A DNA stretch of 64,000 nt, taken from positions 186,001 to 250,000 of IMG/VR virus record IMGVR_UViG_3300044796_000657; one strand, written 5' to 3'. A program made the position numbers and the translations under genes. This document shows, one piece after another, positions 20,165-29,430 of this stretch (positions are counted from its first letter, which is position 1; every line of letters starts with the position of its first letter). A model generated the notes under the pieces. It saw nothing but the letters and a program-made list of their open reading frames with translations, was not told the DNA's origin and did no database searches.

Positions 20165-20587
20165 ATGAACATGAGTTTTAGAGAATTCGTTAACCCCGGT
20201 GCTTTTCAAGATACTTCAAAAGTCGGAATCGATAATCACTTTTTTGGTATTGGTAAAAGTGACCTTCCAACCCCCACACTTGACTTGCCTACCAAAACTA
20301 TAGCAAGCAAAGTTCGCCGCATTAACTATACCGAAAATCCCATTTCTATCAACTTACAAGACGGTACGACTTGGAACGTAACAAAGAAACAGTGGGATTA
20401 TCTAGTAGCCATCGGCAAGACACCCAAAGTCAACAGTAGCATCCAAATAGAAATGTATCTGGATGGTACCATCAAATCGCTAGATGTATTTGGTGGTGAT
20501 CCGGGGCGAAGTCAACCAGCACCCCTAGCCCAACAAAGCGGAAAACCCGGCGTCAAAAACGTCAATCCTAAACGTGGCCCCTTTTAA
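20165..20587 (+). CDS. hypothetical protein (candidate internal virion protein)
   Basis: TAAATA-N4-ATG; N-terminal SFREF motif. Confidence 0.6.
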   Translation: MNMSFREFVNPGAFQDTSKVGIDNHFFGIGKSDLPTPTLDLPTKTIASKVRRINYTENPISINLQDGTTWNVTKKQWDYLVAIGKTPKVNSSIQIEMYLDGTIKSLDVFGGDPGRSQPAPLAQQSGKPGVKNVNPKRGPF

Positions 20588-21588
20588 CGTTCACAACTTT
20601 CATAAAACGTCTTCATGTTTGGCGTGAGATTTTCCTTCTCCCACTCATAAAGATCATCCACCAATTTCTTGTACGCCAATTCCACATCATCAGGATTGAC
20701 AACATCGGCTACAACTTCAATGTTCATATCGCCCGTTCTACCAGACTGCGGATTAGCAAAACCCTTACCAGCAACCTTAAGCAAAGTTCCAGATTTTGTC
20801 AGAGGAGCAATGTTAACTTCAATAGTGCCATTAAGCGTAGGAACGGCCAATTTACCGCCCTTAACTAAAACGGAATATTGAACCGGAACCTTACAGAACA
20901 AATCATCCTTATGCCGCATAAACCTTTCATGCGGATTGACACGAACACTCACAAACAAACTACCTGCCTGTTTACCGAATGTATTACCGCCTCCAATGAC
21001 CCTCATGGTCATTTGATCTTGGGTACCCTTGGGGAAATCCACTGTCATTGGACTTTCTGACCGATGGTAACCTTTGCCTGAGCATGGCTTACATTCTTTG
21101 ACTGATCGTTTTCCTGTACCCTTACAATTTGTGCAAGGCATCGTAATGGTCATGTTGCCTTGCCGTTGATTTCTTCTTCCTTGACCAGCACAAAATAAGC
21201 ACGTTTGAGACTCGGCAGAACCACTTCCCTTACAATCGCTACATTCTGTCATTTTTGGCACATTCAATGTCTTAGTGCATCCATCAGCAGCTTCCCAGAA
21301 ATCCAAAGGTGTTTCCATATGGATGTCGTATTGGGTATTCTGTCTTTGGTGTCCAAAATTGAACATTTGTGAAAAAACATCACTGAACAAGTCCTGATAA
21401 TCCCCTTGATCAGAGGGGTTAGTCAAAGATTCATAAGCATTTGTAATTTCTTTGAACTTAATTTCTGCTTCAGGATCGCCCGGATTCCTATCGGGGTGAT
21501 ACTGCATGGCGAGTTTGCGGTACGCTTTTTTGACTTCGTCTTCGGAAGCACTTGCATTAATACCTAAAATTTCATACGGATTTTTCAT
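20584..21588 (-). CDS. dnaJ: DnaJ chaperone
   Basis: J-domain HPD, four CxxCxGxG repeats, C-terminal domain. Confidence 0.95.
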   Translation of the reverse strand: MKNPYEILGINASASEDEVKKAYRKLAMQYHPDRNPGDPEAEIKFKEITNAYESLTNPSDQGDYQDLFSDVFSQMFNFGHQRQNTQYDIHMETPLDFWEAADGCTKTLNVPKMTECSDCKGSGSAESQTCLFCAGQGRRNQRQGNMTITMPCTNCKGTGKRSVKECKPCSGKGYHRSESPMTVDFPKGTQDQMTMRVIGGGNTFGKQAGSLFVSVRVNPHERFMRHKDDLFCKVPVQYSVLVKGGKLAVPTLNGTIEVNIAPLTKSGTLLKVAGKGFANPQSGRTGDMNIEVVADVVNPDDVELAYKKLVDDLYEWEKENLTPNMKTFYESCER

Positions 21589-21799
21589 TCAGCACCACGT
21601 AAGATGTATAGCCTTCTTGAACAGTCATTTCACCCATTGTTGGCGCAACGTTGTGTGGCCAATCTTCACCCTTTTTGCGAAACGTTAACACTAACTCGCC
21701 ATCGCTATTTTTGACGATGCCGCATTCGGTTCCTTCAACTAGCAGAACCTTAACTTTATGCCAAATATTTTCATGTAATTCAATATTTTCATTGTCCAT
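21572..21799 (-). CDS. hypothetical protein
   Basis: 75-aa coupled ORF with GGAG SD. Confidence 0.55.
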   Translation of the reverse strand: MDNENIELHENIWHKVKVLLVEGTECGIVKNSDGELVLTFRKKGEDWPHNVAPTMGEMTVQEGYTSYVVLNEKSV

Positions 21800-22718
21800 G
21801 ATAACTCTCCACGTGTTTAATACTCTTGGTTTCTGACTCCATCAAAATAGAATGTGTTACAATATGCTTACCATCTATTCTGACCCCACGCAACAAGCTT
21901 CCGTTAGTGATGCCTGTTGCCGCAAACATAACCCGACCTTTAGCCAAATCTTCTTTGTCATACACCTTGTCATCCACTGGCTTATAGTTCTTGTCGTCTA
22001 CCAATCTGCCGATGAACTCACCGCCCAAGCACTTCAACGCTGCGGCTGTAATGACGCCCTCTGGGGCACCACCTACGCCAATAAACAAATCAATACCGGA
22101 TTGAGGCATCGCTACAGCAATTGCGCCACTAACATCACAATCCTGAATGAAGCGTATTCGACAGCCGAGACTCCGCATTTTACCAGCCAAAGCTTCATGC
22201 CTTGGTCGATCTAACATACAAACAGTCAATTGCGCTTTGCCAGTGCGATACTTAACTTTCTCCACTAACGAGGGGTAGCTATCTTCAAAGTTGACATGTA
22301 AATCCGCTGCTGCATATTTGGATGCTGCTACAGCTATTTTTTCCATGTAAAACTCTTCGATTGGCATTAGGTTTCCCTTTTCTCCAATTGCAATCACCGA
22401 CATCGCCTCATAACCACCCTTGGCCGTCGGAGTTGTACCTTCAACTGGATCAACAGCAATTTCATAAGTGTTCATGGTTTTTTGCAGTAATTCAGCGTAT
22501 TTTCCAACTTGTTCACCCTTATACAATCCTACCGAACCATCCTTAATGCCTTCGCCTATAACAATTTCTGCCCCAAAAATAATGTTGTTGAGTCTTTTTC
22601 GCATGGCATCGGTTGCCACTTGATCAATTTTAATCTTATCGCCCGATCCCACCAGCCTCGAAGCAGCAACAGCCGCCGCTTCAGTAGCTTCAACGATTTC
22701 AAACAATAAATGCTTCAT
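21789..22718 (-). CDS. glpX: fructose-1,6-bisphosphatase class II
   Basis: TEAAA, IGEG..D, AVDPVEGT, YMEK, LDRPRH, D.DV, GGAPEGV..AAA, FAATGIT.G.LL.GV. Confidence 0.95.
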   Translation of the reverse strand: MKHLLFEIVEATEAAAVAASRLVGSGDKIKIDQVATDAMRKRLNNIIFGAEIVIGEGIKDGSVGLYKGEQVGKYAELLQKTMNTYEIAVDPVEGTTPTAKGGYEAMSVIAIGEKGNLMPIEEFYMEKIAVAASKYAAADLHVNFEDSYPSLVEKVKYRTGKAQLTVCMLDRPRHEALAGKMRSLGCRIRFIQDCDVSGAIAVAMPQSGIDLFIGVGGAPEGVITAAALKCLGGEFIGRLVDDKNYKPVDDKVYDKEDLAKGRVMFAATGITNGSLLRGVRIDGKHIVTHSILMESETKSIKHVESYHGQ

Positions 22719-23307
22719 TGATAATCTCCATGTCTTTTTTAGTCGGTCTTTCCAATAAGTCGTATTTGGTTTCTTGGCCTTTTGTCCAACTCAACCATAC
22801 CGTCCATTGAACTTCCATCGTTGGTGCACTTCCTCTGGAAGTGTCAAAGTTAGGACGCCAAGTTAACGGCAAGATATAACTCGGTGGAAACTCTCTGAAT
22901 AATGGTATGCGTGTTTTAGCGTGCCAGTATTGCGATTTAAGCAACATCGCCACAAACGACACCTCTTCATTCAAGGCTTTCCTAATGAATGCCCCACTGT
23001 GGGCGAATGGCGGATTTGTTATAATGGCATATTGATTATTGGGAAACGGCTCTGCCTTCAAGTAATCAACACCACCACGCCCGTAAACGCCTTCGGTGCG
23101 AATGTCAGTCGATTCAACCGTGTACCCTAAAGCTTCTAGAGTTTTAGCCATCATGCCATTACCGGCAGCACATTCCCAAACATTAACACCCATAGGAAGT
23201 TTCACATACTTCATAAGGGCTACAGTTACATCAGGAGGTGTTGGATAAAAATCATGGGCACGACGACTTTCATATCCCCCGCCATGCAACTGTAAATCGT
23301 TTTTCAT
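22699..23307 (-). CDS. DNA N6-adenine methyltransferase (small phage type)
   Basis: DFYPTP, WECAAGNG, IITNPPF. Confidence 0.88.
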   Translation of the reverse strand: MKNDLQLHGGGYESRRAHDFYPTPPDVTVALMKYVKLPMGVNVWECAAGNGMMAKTLEALGYTVESTDIRTEGVYGRGGVDYLKAEPFPNNQYAIITNPPFAHSGAFIRKALNEEVSFVAMLLKSQYWHAKTRIPLFREFPPSYILPLTWRPNFDTSRGSAPTMEVQWTVWLSWTKGQETKYDLLERPTKKDMEIINEAFIV

Positions 23308-23795
23308 TCGTCAATTTTATCTTCTAAAGATACTTTGAGTGATTCTCGCAAAGATGGGGAAGCAATAGTATAACATTCTTCCGCTAATACTCCACCCATA
23401 TATTTCAAATCTACGTCTTCTAAATTCAATTTTTTGGCAGTAACGAAACCTTGAACGTGATCGTAGGCACCAAAGATAATTTCTTGAATACCAGCGTTTA
23501 TAGCGGCGGCTGCACACATCGCACATGGTTCAGAAGTAACATACAACGTGCCTTCTTTCAAAGAGCGACGATGTGTCATTGCTGCTTTTCTAATGACATT
23601 AATTTCAGCATGACAAGTCGGATCTGATTCCATCAAAATACTTTGACCTTCGGCAATGACCTTGTTAGGAAACACCAAAACAGCACCACGGGCTTGCTCG
23701 CCTTGTGATTTCGCTGAATCCGCTGCTTCAATAGCCAATTTCATATGACGAAAATCGCCATTTGACTTTTTGCTCGTTACATAATCTTTAAACAT
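23304..23795 (-). CDS. TadA-like nucleoside/tRNA deaminase
   Basis: DPTCHAEINVIR, LYVTSEPCAMC, FGAYD, GGVL..EC. Confidence 0.85.
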   Translation of the reverse strand: MFKDYVTSKKSNGDFRHMKLAIEAADSAKSQGEQARGAVLVFPNKVIAEGQSILMESDPTCHAEINVIRKAAMTHRRSLKEGTLYVTSEPCAMCAAAAINAGIQEIIFGAYDHVQGFVTAKKLNLEDVDLKYMGGVLAEECYTIASPSLRESLKVSLEDKIDE

Positions 23796-23836
23796 ATACT
23801 TCCCTCTTAAAGTTAAAGTAGTAGGCTAAATACCGT

Positions 23837-24232
23837 ATGAGTGAGAAAATACACAAATGCGGTATCACCAAAGAAAAGGGATACCTTTACTTCGTAGATG
23901 GCAGCGGAAATGTTGCCAAAGTAAAAAGGGGCGAGAGCAATAAAACAATCGTTTGTAAAAACGATGGTGAGTTTTCTCGTGAAGATGGCTGGATTTATTT
24001 CGTTGACAAGCAGGGTGATGTCAGTCGTTCTAAAATGAAATCATTCAAAGAATATGCTGAATTGAAAGACGAAGCAGCTGATCAACTATTTGTTGAAAAG
24101 AATTGGATTGCGGGAGCCATTAATCCAGACCATAAAGGATTTTGTACTCCGATGTCCAAGCCAACGTGTACCCCACACCGTAAGGCGTTAGCAAAGAGAT
24201 TCAAAGGCGGCGATTTACACCACGGAGCCTAA
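23837..24232 (+). CDS. basic repeat protein fused to a second small module
   Basis: Two G(Y/W)xYFVDxxGxV repeats then MKSFKEY...WIAGAI...CTP..K.TCTP. Confidence 0.6.
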   Translation: MSEKIHKCGITKEKGYLYFVDGSGNVAKVKRGESNKTIVCKNDGEFSREDGWIYFVDKQGDVSRSKMKSFKEYAELKDEAADQLFVEKNWIAGAINPDHKGFCTPMSKPTCTPHRKALAKRFKGGDLHHGA

Positions 24233-24819
24233 TGAAATTTAAGATTTGGTTAGAGACTACTGGTTCCTCAATACGCAGAAAATTACAGACCGCAATTGCT
24301 TCCTACCTCGGTCGGTCGTTTGCGGTCAAATCATTTAAAGTCGATCCCAATCACGGTGAAAACGAATCGGGATTATTTGGGAAGTCAGATGGTATTCGCC
24401 AAGATAACGGCGACATCATTGTTAAAGATATGAAATCCGGCATTCACGAACTTTTACATCAAGCCGGATTTATGCCTATCGGAATTGGTGAATTTTTGAA
24501 TGAAGGTATAACCCAACTGGTTACTGAAGATATAGCCAAGCAGAACAAACTGCCTATATCTCATTCTTACAGAGAGAATACTGAATATGTACGAAAATAT
24601 GTGCTTCCTGCTACCGGGCTTGATCTGCCTACTTTGGCTAGGCAATATGCGAAGAGTCAAAACAAAGGTAAGTTAATTGTCGATCTGATTTGGGCAAAAA
24701 ATCAAGGCAAGTTCAATAACACGGAAGATTGGGGAACCGATCCCTATTCTTCGATGTTGAGAACGTTGCCTTTTATTATCGGACCATATAACAGCCATCT
24801 CAATTTTATCACGAGATAG
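24232..24819 (+). CDS. zinc metallopeptidase-like protein
   Basis: IHELLH and LNEGITQ (gluzincin-type); MKFKIWLE N-terminus. Confidence 0.65.
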   Translation: MKFKIWLETTGSSIRRKLQTAIASYLGRSFAVKSFKVDPNHGENESGLFGKSDGIRQDNGDIIVKDMKSGIHELLHQAGFMPIGIGEFLNEGITQLVTEDIAKQNKLPISHSYRENTEYVRKYVLPATGLDLPTLARQYAKSQNKGKLIVDLIWAKNQGKFNNTEDWGTDPYSSMLRTLPFIIGPYNSHLNFITR

Positions 24820-25294
24820 ATTTAGAAATCATCCACGGCATTTTCATGAGTCCATCTCTCGGATCACGACTCCTCAATACACCGGGATTGTCTGGACAAC
24901 TTGGATCACGTACCAATAAAGGCAAATCAAATTTTGTCCCTTTGTATCCAAACGGATTCCCAACCCTTCTTATTAACATTGATGTCTTGGTTTTGACTTT
25001 ATAGGACTCTTGAAGCTTGCTAACAATTTCTGGAATTTCCAAATTCTTCAACTTGTCAGCTTCGGCTTGCGATGAAAGACGAGTAAATCTAGGTTTTTTA
25101 GCATCGAAACGGTGAGGAATTCCGTGAGGAATTGACGCACATTCCAACCCCTTAACAAATGCTGGTAAACCTTCACTATCCCATTGGCACTCCGCTCTAC
25201 AAATAATGAGGTAATCCTCCAAAGTCGCCACTTCCCTAACACGGAAAACGGACGATCTTTGGAGTTTGAGATAAATCTCTAGAATCGTTTCCAT
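24809..25294 (-). CDS. hypothetical protein
   Basis: 161-aa ORF coupled to ARH gene. Confidence 0.5.
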   Translation of the reverse strand: METILEIYLKLQRSSVFRVREVATLEDYLIICRAECQWDSEGLPAFVKGLECASIPHGIPHRFDAKKPRFTRLSSQAEADKLKNLEIPEIVSKLQESYKVKTKTSMLIRRVGNPFGYKGTKFDLPLLVRDPSCPDNPGVLRSRDPRDGLMKMPWMISKSIS

Positions 25295-25295
25295 G

Positions 25296-26144
25296 TTATG
25301 CCCATTTTTTTGCCATTAACTTCTGATCAAGCTGGACAAGATAATCATGTCCATATTTGCCGTTTTCCAAATTTTCAACAAGGTGCGAAGGCAAATCTTT
25401 GATATAGTCATTAGCGTGCGCCGCACAACCCAAAGCGATTGTCGCCACAGTATCTACGTCGCCGCCGAAATCCACACAAACTCTTAACAGTTCGGATAAG
25501 CGATTACATTTTACGACTGCGGTAATGGCTGCTCGCACGCTCATCCAGCCTTTTGGGCCAACCTCGCCAATGTACGGAACGTTCCAATCACCCGGAACAT
25601 ACGTGGATAAAAACTCCCCAATGTGCTTTTTACTGCCGAGTTGGTGGTAGAAATAATGACTCATCAGCGCTGCTGCTTGCGCTGCCCAAATACCGTCATC
25701 TGTATCGTGAGTAATGCGTGCTTGAATAGCACAGTGGTGTACAACCTTGGAACGTTGTGGGTACATACCCAACGGAACCGCTCGCATCGCAGCACCACTC
25801 TTATCGCTCTTATTGTTACCCTTCAAACGATCAAGAAGCTCTTGACCGTTTTCAACTTCCGTTAAAAGTCCATAGAAACCACTTGCGTATCCTTCCCGTG
25901 GATCACGCTTGAAAACTGCGACAAACTTATCCGCCAAATCCAATGGCGTAAATCGGTCGTATTCCAGCATTGCTTCAGCGATTGCGATACTCATTTGAGC
26001 ATCGTCTGTATAGCAACCGGGTTTGATTTTATGCTTGGGATGCGCAGTGTACTGCTTGAGGTTATTGAATTCATCAATGTGCTTTGGCTTGACGTATTCA
26101 AATCCTGCACCATAGGCATCGCCAACACTTAATTCTACCAACAT
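25296..26144 (-). CDS. ADP-ribosylglycohydrolase
   Basis: GDAYG..FE, YTDD, GAAMR..P, TH, GGDVDT..IA. Confidence 0.92.
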   Translation of the reverse strand: MLVELSVGDAYGAGFEYVKPKHIDEFNNLKQYTAHPKHKIKPGCYTDDAQMSIAIAEAMLEYDRFTPLDLADKFVAVFKRDPREGYASGFYGLLTEVENGQELLDRLKGNNKSDKSGAAMRAVPLGMYPQRSKVVHHCAIQARITHDTDDGIWAAQAAALMSHYFYHQLGSKKHIGEFLSTYVPGDWNVPYIGEVGPKGWMSVRAAITAVVKCNRLSELLRVCVDFGGDVDTVATIALGCAAHANDYIKDLPSHLVENLENGKYGHDYLVQLDQKLMAKKWA

Positions 26145-26148
26145 GAGA

Positions 26149-26352
26149 TCATCCTCTTGAGGGTTTTTTGCCCGTATGTTTTCGTTGCTGTTGCTTCAAA
26201 CATTCAGCATGATACGCAACAGGAAATCCGTCGGTATCCAAATCAGTAGGGTGCAAAGAATACTTTTTACCCATCTTTAATTCAAAGCCGCATTTGCCGC
26301 AATTGCGATGCCGATGTTTACAGTGTTTGGTAATGACGTATTCAGGACTCAT
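26149..26352 (-). CDS. small Zn-binding protein
   Basis: CGKCG...YHAEC. Confidence 0.5.
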   Translation of the reverse strand: MSPEYVITKHCKHRHRNCGKCGFELKMGKKYSLHPTDLDTDGFPVAYHAECLKQQQRKHTGKKPSRG

Positions 26353-26354
26353 GG

Positions 26355-26597
26355 TTAATAATCCTCATCATCGTCGTCGTCGTCGTCATCGTCAAATACG
26401 TTATCATCATCGTCAAACACTTTGTCGTCGTCGTCGTCGTCTTCATCATCATCGAATTCATCATCATCATCGTCATCAAACTCATCGTCATCGTCGTCGT
26501 CATCATCAAATTCATCATCGTCGTCTTCAAATTCATCATCGTCATTCCAATCATCATCGTCTTCAAAGTCGTTGTCATTGGATTTATTAATTGGCAT
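26355..26597 (-). CDS. hyper-acidic Asp-rich protein
   Basis: AAGGAG SD; repeats of (E/V)F(E/D)DDDD; 80 aa. Confidence 0.7.
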   Translation of the reverse strand: MPINKSNDNDFEDDDDWNDDDEFEDDDDEFDDDDDDDDEFDDDDDDEFDDDEDDDDDDKVFDDDDNVFDDDDDDDDDEDY

Positions 26598-26637
26598 ATT
26601 TTTGTCTCCTTTTACCCAAGATAGTGAGGTAATTGAT

Positions 26638-26676
26638 AAAAAGAAACCCCGTTATGCTTTGGAGGCATAACGGGGT
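26638..26676 (-). terminator. Intrinsic terminator
   Basis: 12-bp stem ACCCCGTTATGC/GCATAACGGGGT followed by TTCTTTTT on minus strand. Confidence 0.85.
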
Positions 26677-26686
26677 GGTCGTCTTC

Positions 26687-26824
26687 AACGGGAGGATAAA
26701 CCTCTGCAATGATTTTTTTCATTCATCCAAGCGATCAGGCAAACACGGTTTAACCCGTGGATATTTCAACTGCCTGTATAATCGCTTATGCGGATAATTT
26801 ACTTAAAATCTGTAGCAAGCCGTT
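26687..26824 (-). ncRNA. candidate rod-shaped structured RNA (~138 nt)
   Basis: Nested helices AACGG/CCGTT, GATTTT/AAAATC, ATCC/GGAT, AAGCGAT/ATCGCTT, CAGGCA/TGCCTG, CACGG/CCGTG; intergenic, ends just before terminator. Confidence 0.5.
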
Positions 26825-26825
26825 A

Positions 26826-27080
26826 TTAGCCACGACCAAGGCGTTTGCTAATGCTGCGGATGTTGGACTCGACACGGCTACCATCAGCACCGGTAGCGAC
26901 TCTGGATTGTACATAGTTGTTCAATCGGCGGGTTGCTGCGGCCTTTTCACCGGCAGTTGAGGCATCGCAAATCGATTGTGCGATTTCGGTTGCCGTCCAG
27001 CTCTTTGGGCAAACTTTGGTGCATGCCTTTTTGCTGGTGGTTGTGGTTCTGCTGACATTCTTACTTCTACTTTTCGTCAT
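26826..27080 (-). CDS. small basic protein
   Basis: AGGAG SD; K/R/T/S-rich N-tail; 84 aa. Confidence 0.7.
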   Translation of the reverse strand: MTKSRSKNVSRTTTTSKKACTKVCPKSWTATEIAQSICDASTAGEKAAATRRLNNYVQSRVATGADGSRVESNIRSISKRLGRG

Positions 27081-27143
27081 CTGAAACTCCTGATAGCTGC
27101 TTCTAGCAGCATGATAAAAAAATAACAAACTTAAGTACTGTTT

Positions 27144-28010
27144 TCAAGGTTTTCTGTAGGCAGACACGATTTGATTGGGTCGCCACGGTTTACGAAGAAA
27201 AACACTACCTAAAACAAATGCATCCGCACCGTTTTTTTCACGAATACGAACGTCTTCAATCGTCATGATGCCCCCACCACTCATGATGGGAGCCTTGACA
27301 CCAGCGGCCTTAACTTTTTGAAGTGCTTCAATAGCAAAGTTTCGGATAGGCTCGCCGGAAACACCACCAACCAACTTAAACTTGTTCAACGGACTCTTTT
27401 TGCCGGGGAACACTAAGGGGAAAGGTACTGTGTTAATGAGTTCGAAGGCCGAAACCGTCCCGTCCAACTCTTTACATATACTAACATAATCATCCGCAAA
27501 AGACAACTTCACTATTACTGGATGTGAAGTATTTTTTTCAACGGCGGCAATAGTTTCGCAAATAAACTCCACTGCGTTAGAACGTGTGACATTCGGGCAA
27601 CTCACATTGACTTGAATGCCCTTAATGCCAACACATTTATCAAGCTGTTGAGCCATCGTTACTGCTTCTTCTACCGACTTTGGCATGATGGAAACCAGAA
27701 CGTTATATCCCTTATCCATCACCAATTTGTACTTAGCATCAATCCACCATTTAAGGCCGGGATTTGTCAAACCAATGGCATTGACCGCCCCGCCGGGAAT
27801 GAGTTGTACGCATCGCCACGGACACCACATATTCAGATTACCAACAGTTGGTTCCAATGTCAAGGTCTTTGTGATGATAGTTAATTTAGTAGGGTCAATA
27901 ATACCCAACCACCTTAACGGATGTTCCCACCACCAACCTTGTCCATCGAATGCCAAAGCACCAGATGCGCAAGCGAAATCAATCTTGTGTCCGTTTGATA
28001 ATTCAATCAT
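27144..28010 (-). CDS. pyrD: dihydroorotate dehydrogenase (family 1)
   Basis: ASG, KTLT..P..GN, NAIGLTNPG, NVSCPN, VKLS, INT, GGVSG, GGI. Confidence 0.9.
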   Translation of the reverse strand: MIELSNGHKIDFACASGALAFDGQGWWWEHPLRWLGIIDPTKLTIITKTLTLEPTVGNLNMWCPWRCVQLIPGGAVNAIGLTNPGLKWWIDAKYKLVMDKGYNVLVSIMPKSVEEAVTMAQQLDKCVGIKGIQVNVSCPNVTRSNAVEFICETIAAVEKNTSHPVIVKLSFADDYVSICKELDGTVSAFELINTVPFPLVFPGKKSPLNKFKLVGGVSGEPIRNFAIEALQKVKAAGVKAPIMSGGGIMTIEDVRIREKNGADAFVLGSVFLRKPWRPNQIVSAYRKP

Positions 28011-28657
28011 TAGTAATCCCAACTTGACGATAAGTAAGAACTCGATACACGTGAACTTGAACATTTCAAAGTGCTAAATGTGTACGATTCCCGCTTCTTG
28101 ATAATATCTTGATAGCACTTTGAGGTAAAATGCTTTTGCAAAAGATTAACAAATAAAAGCACACTTGGTTCAGTCGTTGTGCATTCAACCAATTCGGGTG
28201 CACTTTGACTTCGCTTCTTACACTCACCACGAATTACGTACATTCTTGCCTTTAAAGCCATTCTTTGATAACGAGGATCACCACCGGGGACATTGTCAAC
28301 AGCCGCATGAGCACCCTTGTATGTAGAAAAAGAAAAGCCCGGAAAGACCCATGCGTGACCTTCGCTGCTTTTGAAGACAGCGTAGCCCAAAAGCTTCTTT
28401 TTGAGATAGTTAATAGTTAACTCAAAATCTTCTTGACTATCACAATCAATCATCGGAATTGTTCGTCCGCCGATTTGACACTGAATTATCAAAAAATGGT
28501 TTTCAGGTTTTCTACCAGAAACAGTGCGATAAAAACTACGAAGAGCATCGTCGCCAACGCCTATAAGGGACAATGAGCGTCCATTTGTATATTCGTTGGC
28601 GAAACGATACTCATCGTGGAAAATCAATTCCTTGTTTTCATTTAACCAATACTTCAT
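28010..28657 (-). CDS. hypothetical protein
   Basis: 215-aa coupled ORF; IDCD and SSEGH motifs. Confidence 0.6.
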   Translation of the reverse strand: MKYWLNENKELIFHDEYRFANEYTNGRSLSLIGVGDDALRSFYRTVSGRKPENHFLIIQCQIGGRTIPMIDCDSQEDFELTINYLKKKLLGYAVFKSSEGHAWVFPGFSFSTYKGAHAAVDNVPGGDPRYQRMALKARMYVIRGECKKRSQSAPELVECTTTEPSVLLFVNLLQKHFTSKCYQDIIKKRESYTFSTLKCSSSRVSSSYLSSSWDY

Positions 28658-28663
28658 GTCGCC

Positions 28664-29347
28664 TCACTTGGCCGCTTTGCGGAGGGGGAGTTTGGATTTG
28701 GGATCGAACTTGGCTCGCAGTTGTTCGTACAACAATTTTTGCTGTGGTTCGGGCATCGGATCGAAAGTCTTCTTGAGTCGCAGGAACAAAGCTGCCTTGC
28801 GAAGAGCGACCTGTTCGGGCGACTTGTGGAAGAGATCGGGGCAAATCGCCTTGAAAAGCAACTTGCGATCTTCCCGACTGAGCATGTAGTACTTCTTGGC
28901 CGCACCGAACAAACTACCGGCTTCCAAGCCCGTACCTTTCGCCGCTTTCATGGCGACTTGTTCCGCTTTGCGATGGGCGCCTTCGTTGTCTTGTGCGATG
29001 ATGCCGAGCAAAGCGAACCGACGGCCTTCACTCTTGCTGAATACGTCGTTAACGTGGCACTTGACCGTATGCGTCAACTCGCCGGTCGGCAAGGTGATAC
29101 GGATGGTCGTACTGTGTTGTACGACTTCTTTGGCGGGCATCATAACAGGAACCATGACAGGCTTCCCATCTTTGCCCGTTTCACCGCTGGCAGTCATCAC
29201 AGGTTCGCCGGGAGCATAGGTGATTTTGTTACCGGTGCGAATTTGCTTGCCCGGCAACAGCAAGGGCTTGTCTGCGCCCAGCTTAACCTGTTTGGTTTCG
29301 TGTTTCACGCCAACAAGGGCGTCACCACCTGAAAGTTTGATCTTCAT
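28664..29347 (-). CDS. hypothetical basic protein (likely early, highly expressed)
   Basis: GC-rich codons, AAGGA SD, C...D.F.K..GR..AL motif. Confidence 0.7.
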   Translation of the reverse strand: MKIKLSGGDALVGVKHETKQVKLGADKPLLLPGKQIRTGNKITYAPGEPVMTASGETGKDGKPVMVPVMMPAKEVVQHSTTIRITLPTGELTHTVKCHVNDVFSKSEGRRFALLGIIAQDNEGAHRKAEQVAMKAAKGTGLEAGSLFGAAKKYYMLSREDRKLLFKAICPDLFHKSPEQVALRKAALFLRLKKTFDPMPEPQQKLLYEQLRAKFDPKSKLPLRKAAK

Positions 29348-29391
29348 TGCCCATTTCCTTGTGGAACGATTGAAGGTGAGTAACTCTCGAC

Positions 29392-29420
29392 AATATACCA
29401 GCTTTCACAATGAAACGCAA
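29392..29420 (-). promoter_or_regulatory. sigma70-type promoter
   Basis: TTGCGT-17 nt-TATATT upstream of 29347 gene. Confidence 0.55.
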
Positions 29421-29430
29421 TACATATTTT

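Noticed and set aside
26294-26670. Poly-His/Arg, poly-Met/Thr and poly-Ser ORFs
   Set aside because: Shadow frames of the GAT/GAC repeat of the acidic protein; only 26355-26597(-) has an SD and fits the operon
28721-29332. 203-aa plus-strand ORF and other antisense ORFs (e.g. 331-678, 38876-39388, 56138-56638, 58681-58998)
   Set aside because: Antisense or alternate-frame shadows of better-supported genes or RNA elements; no SD or motifs
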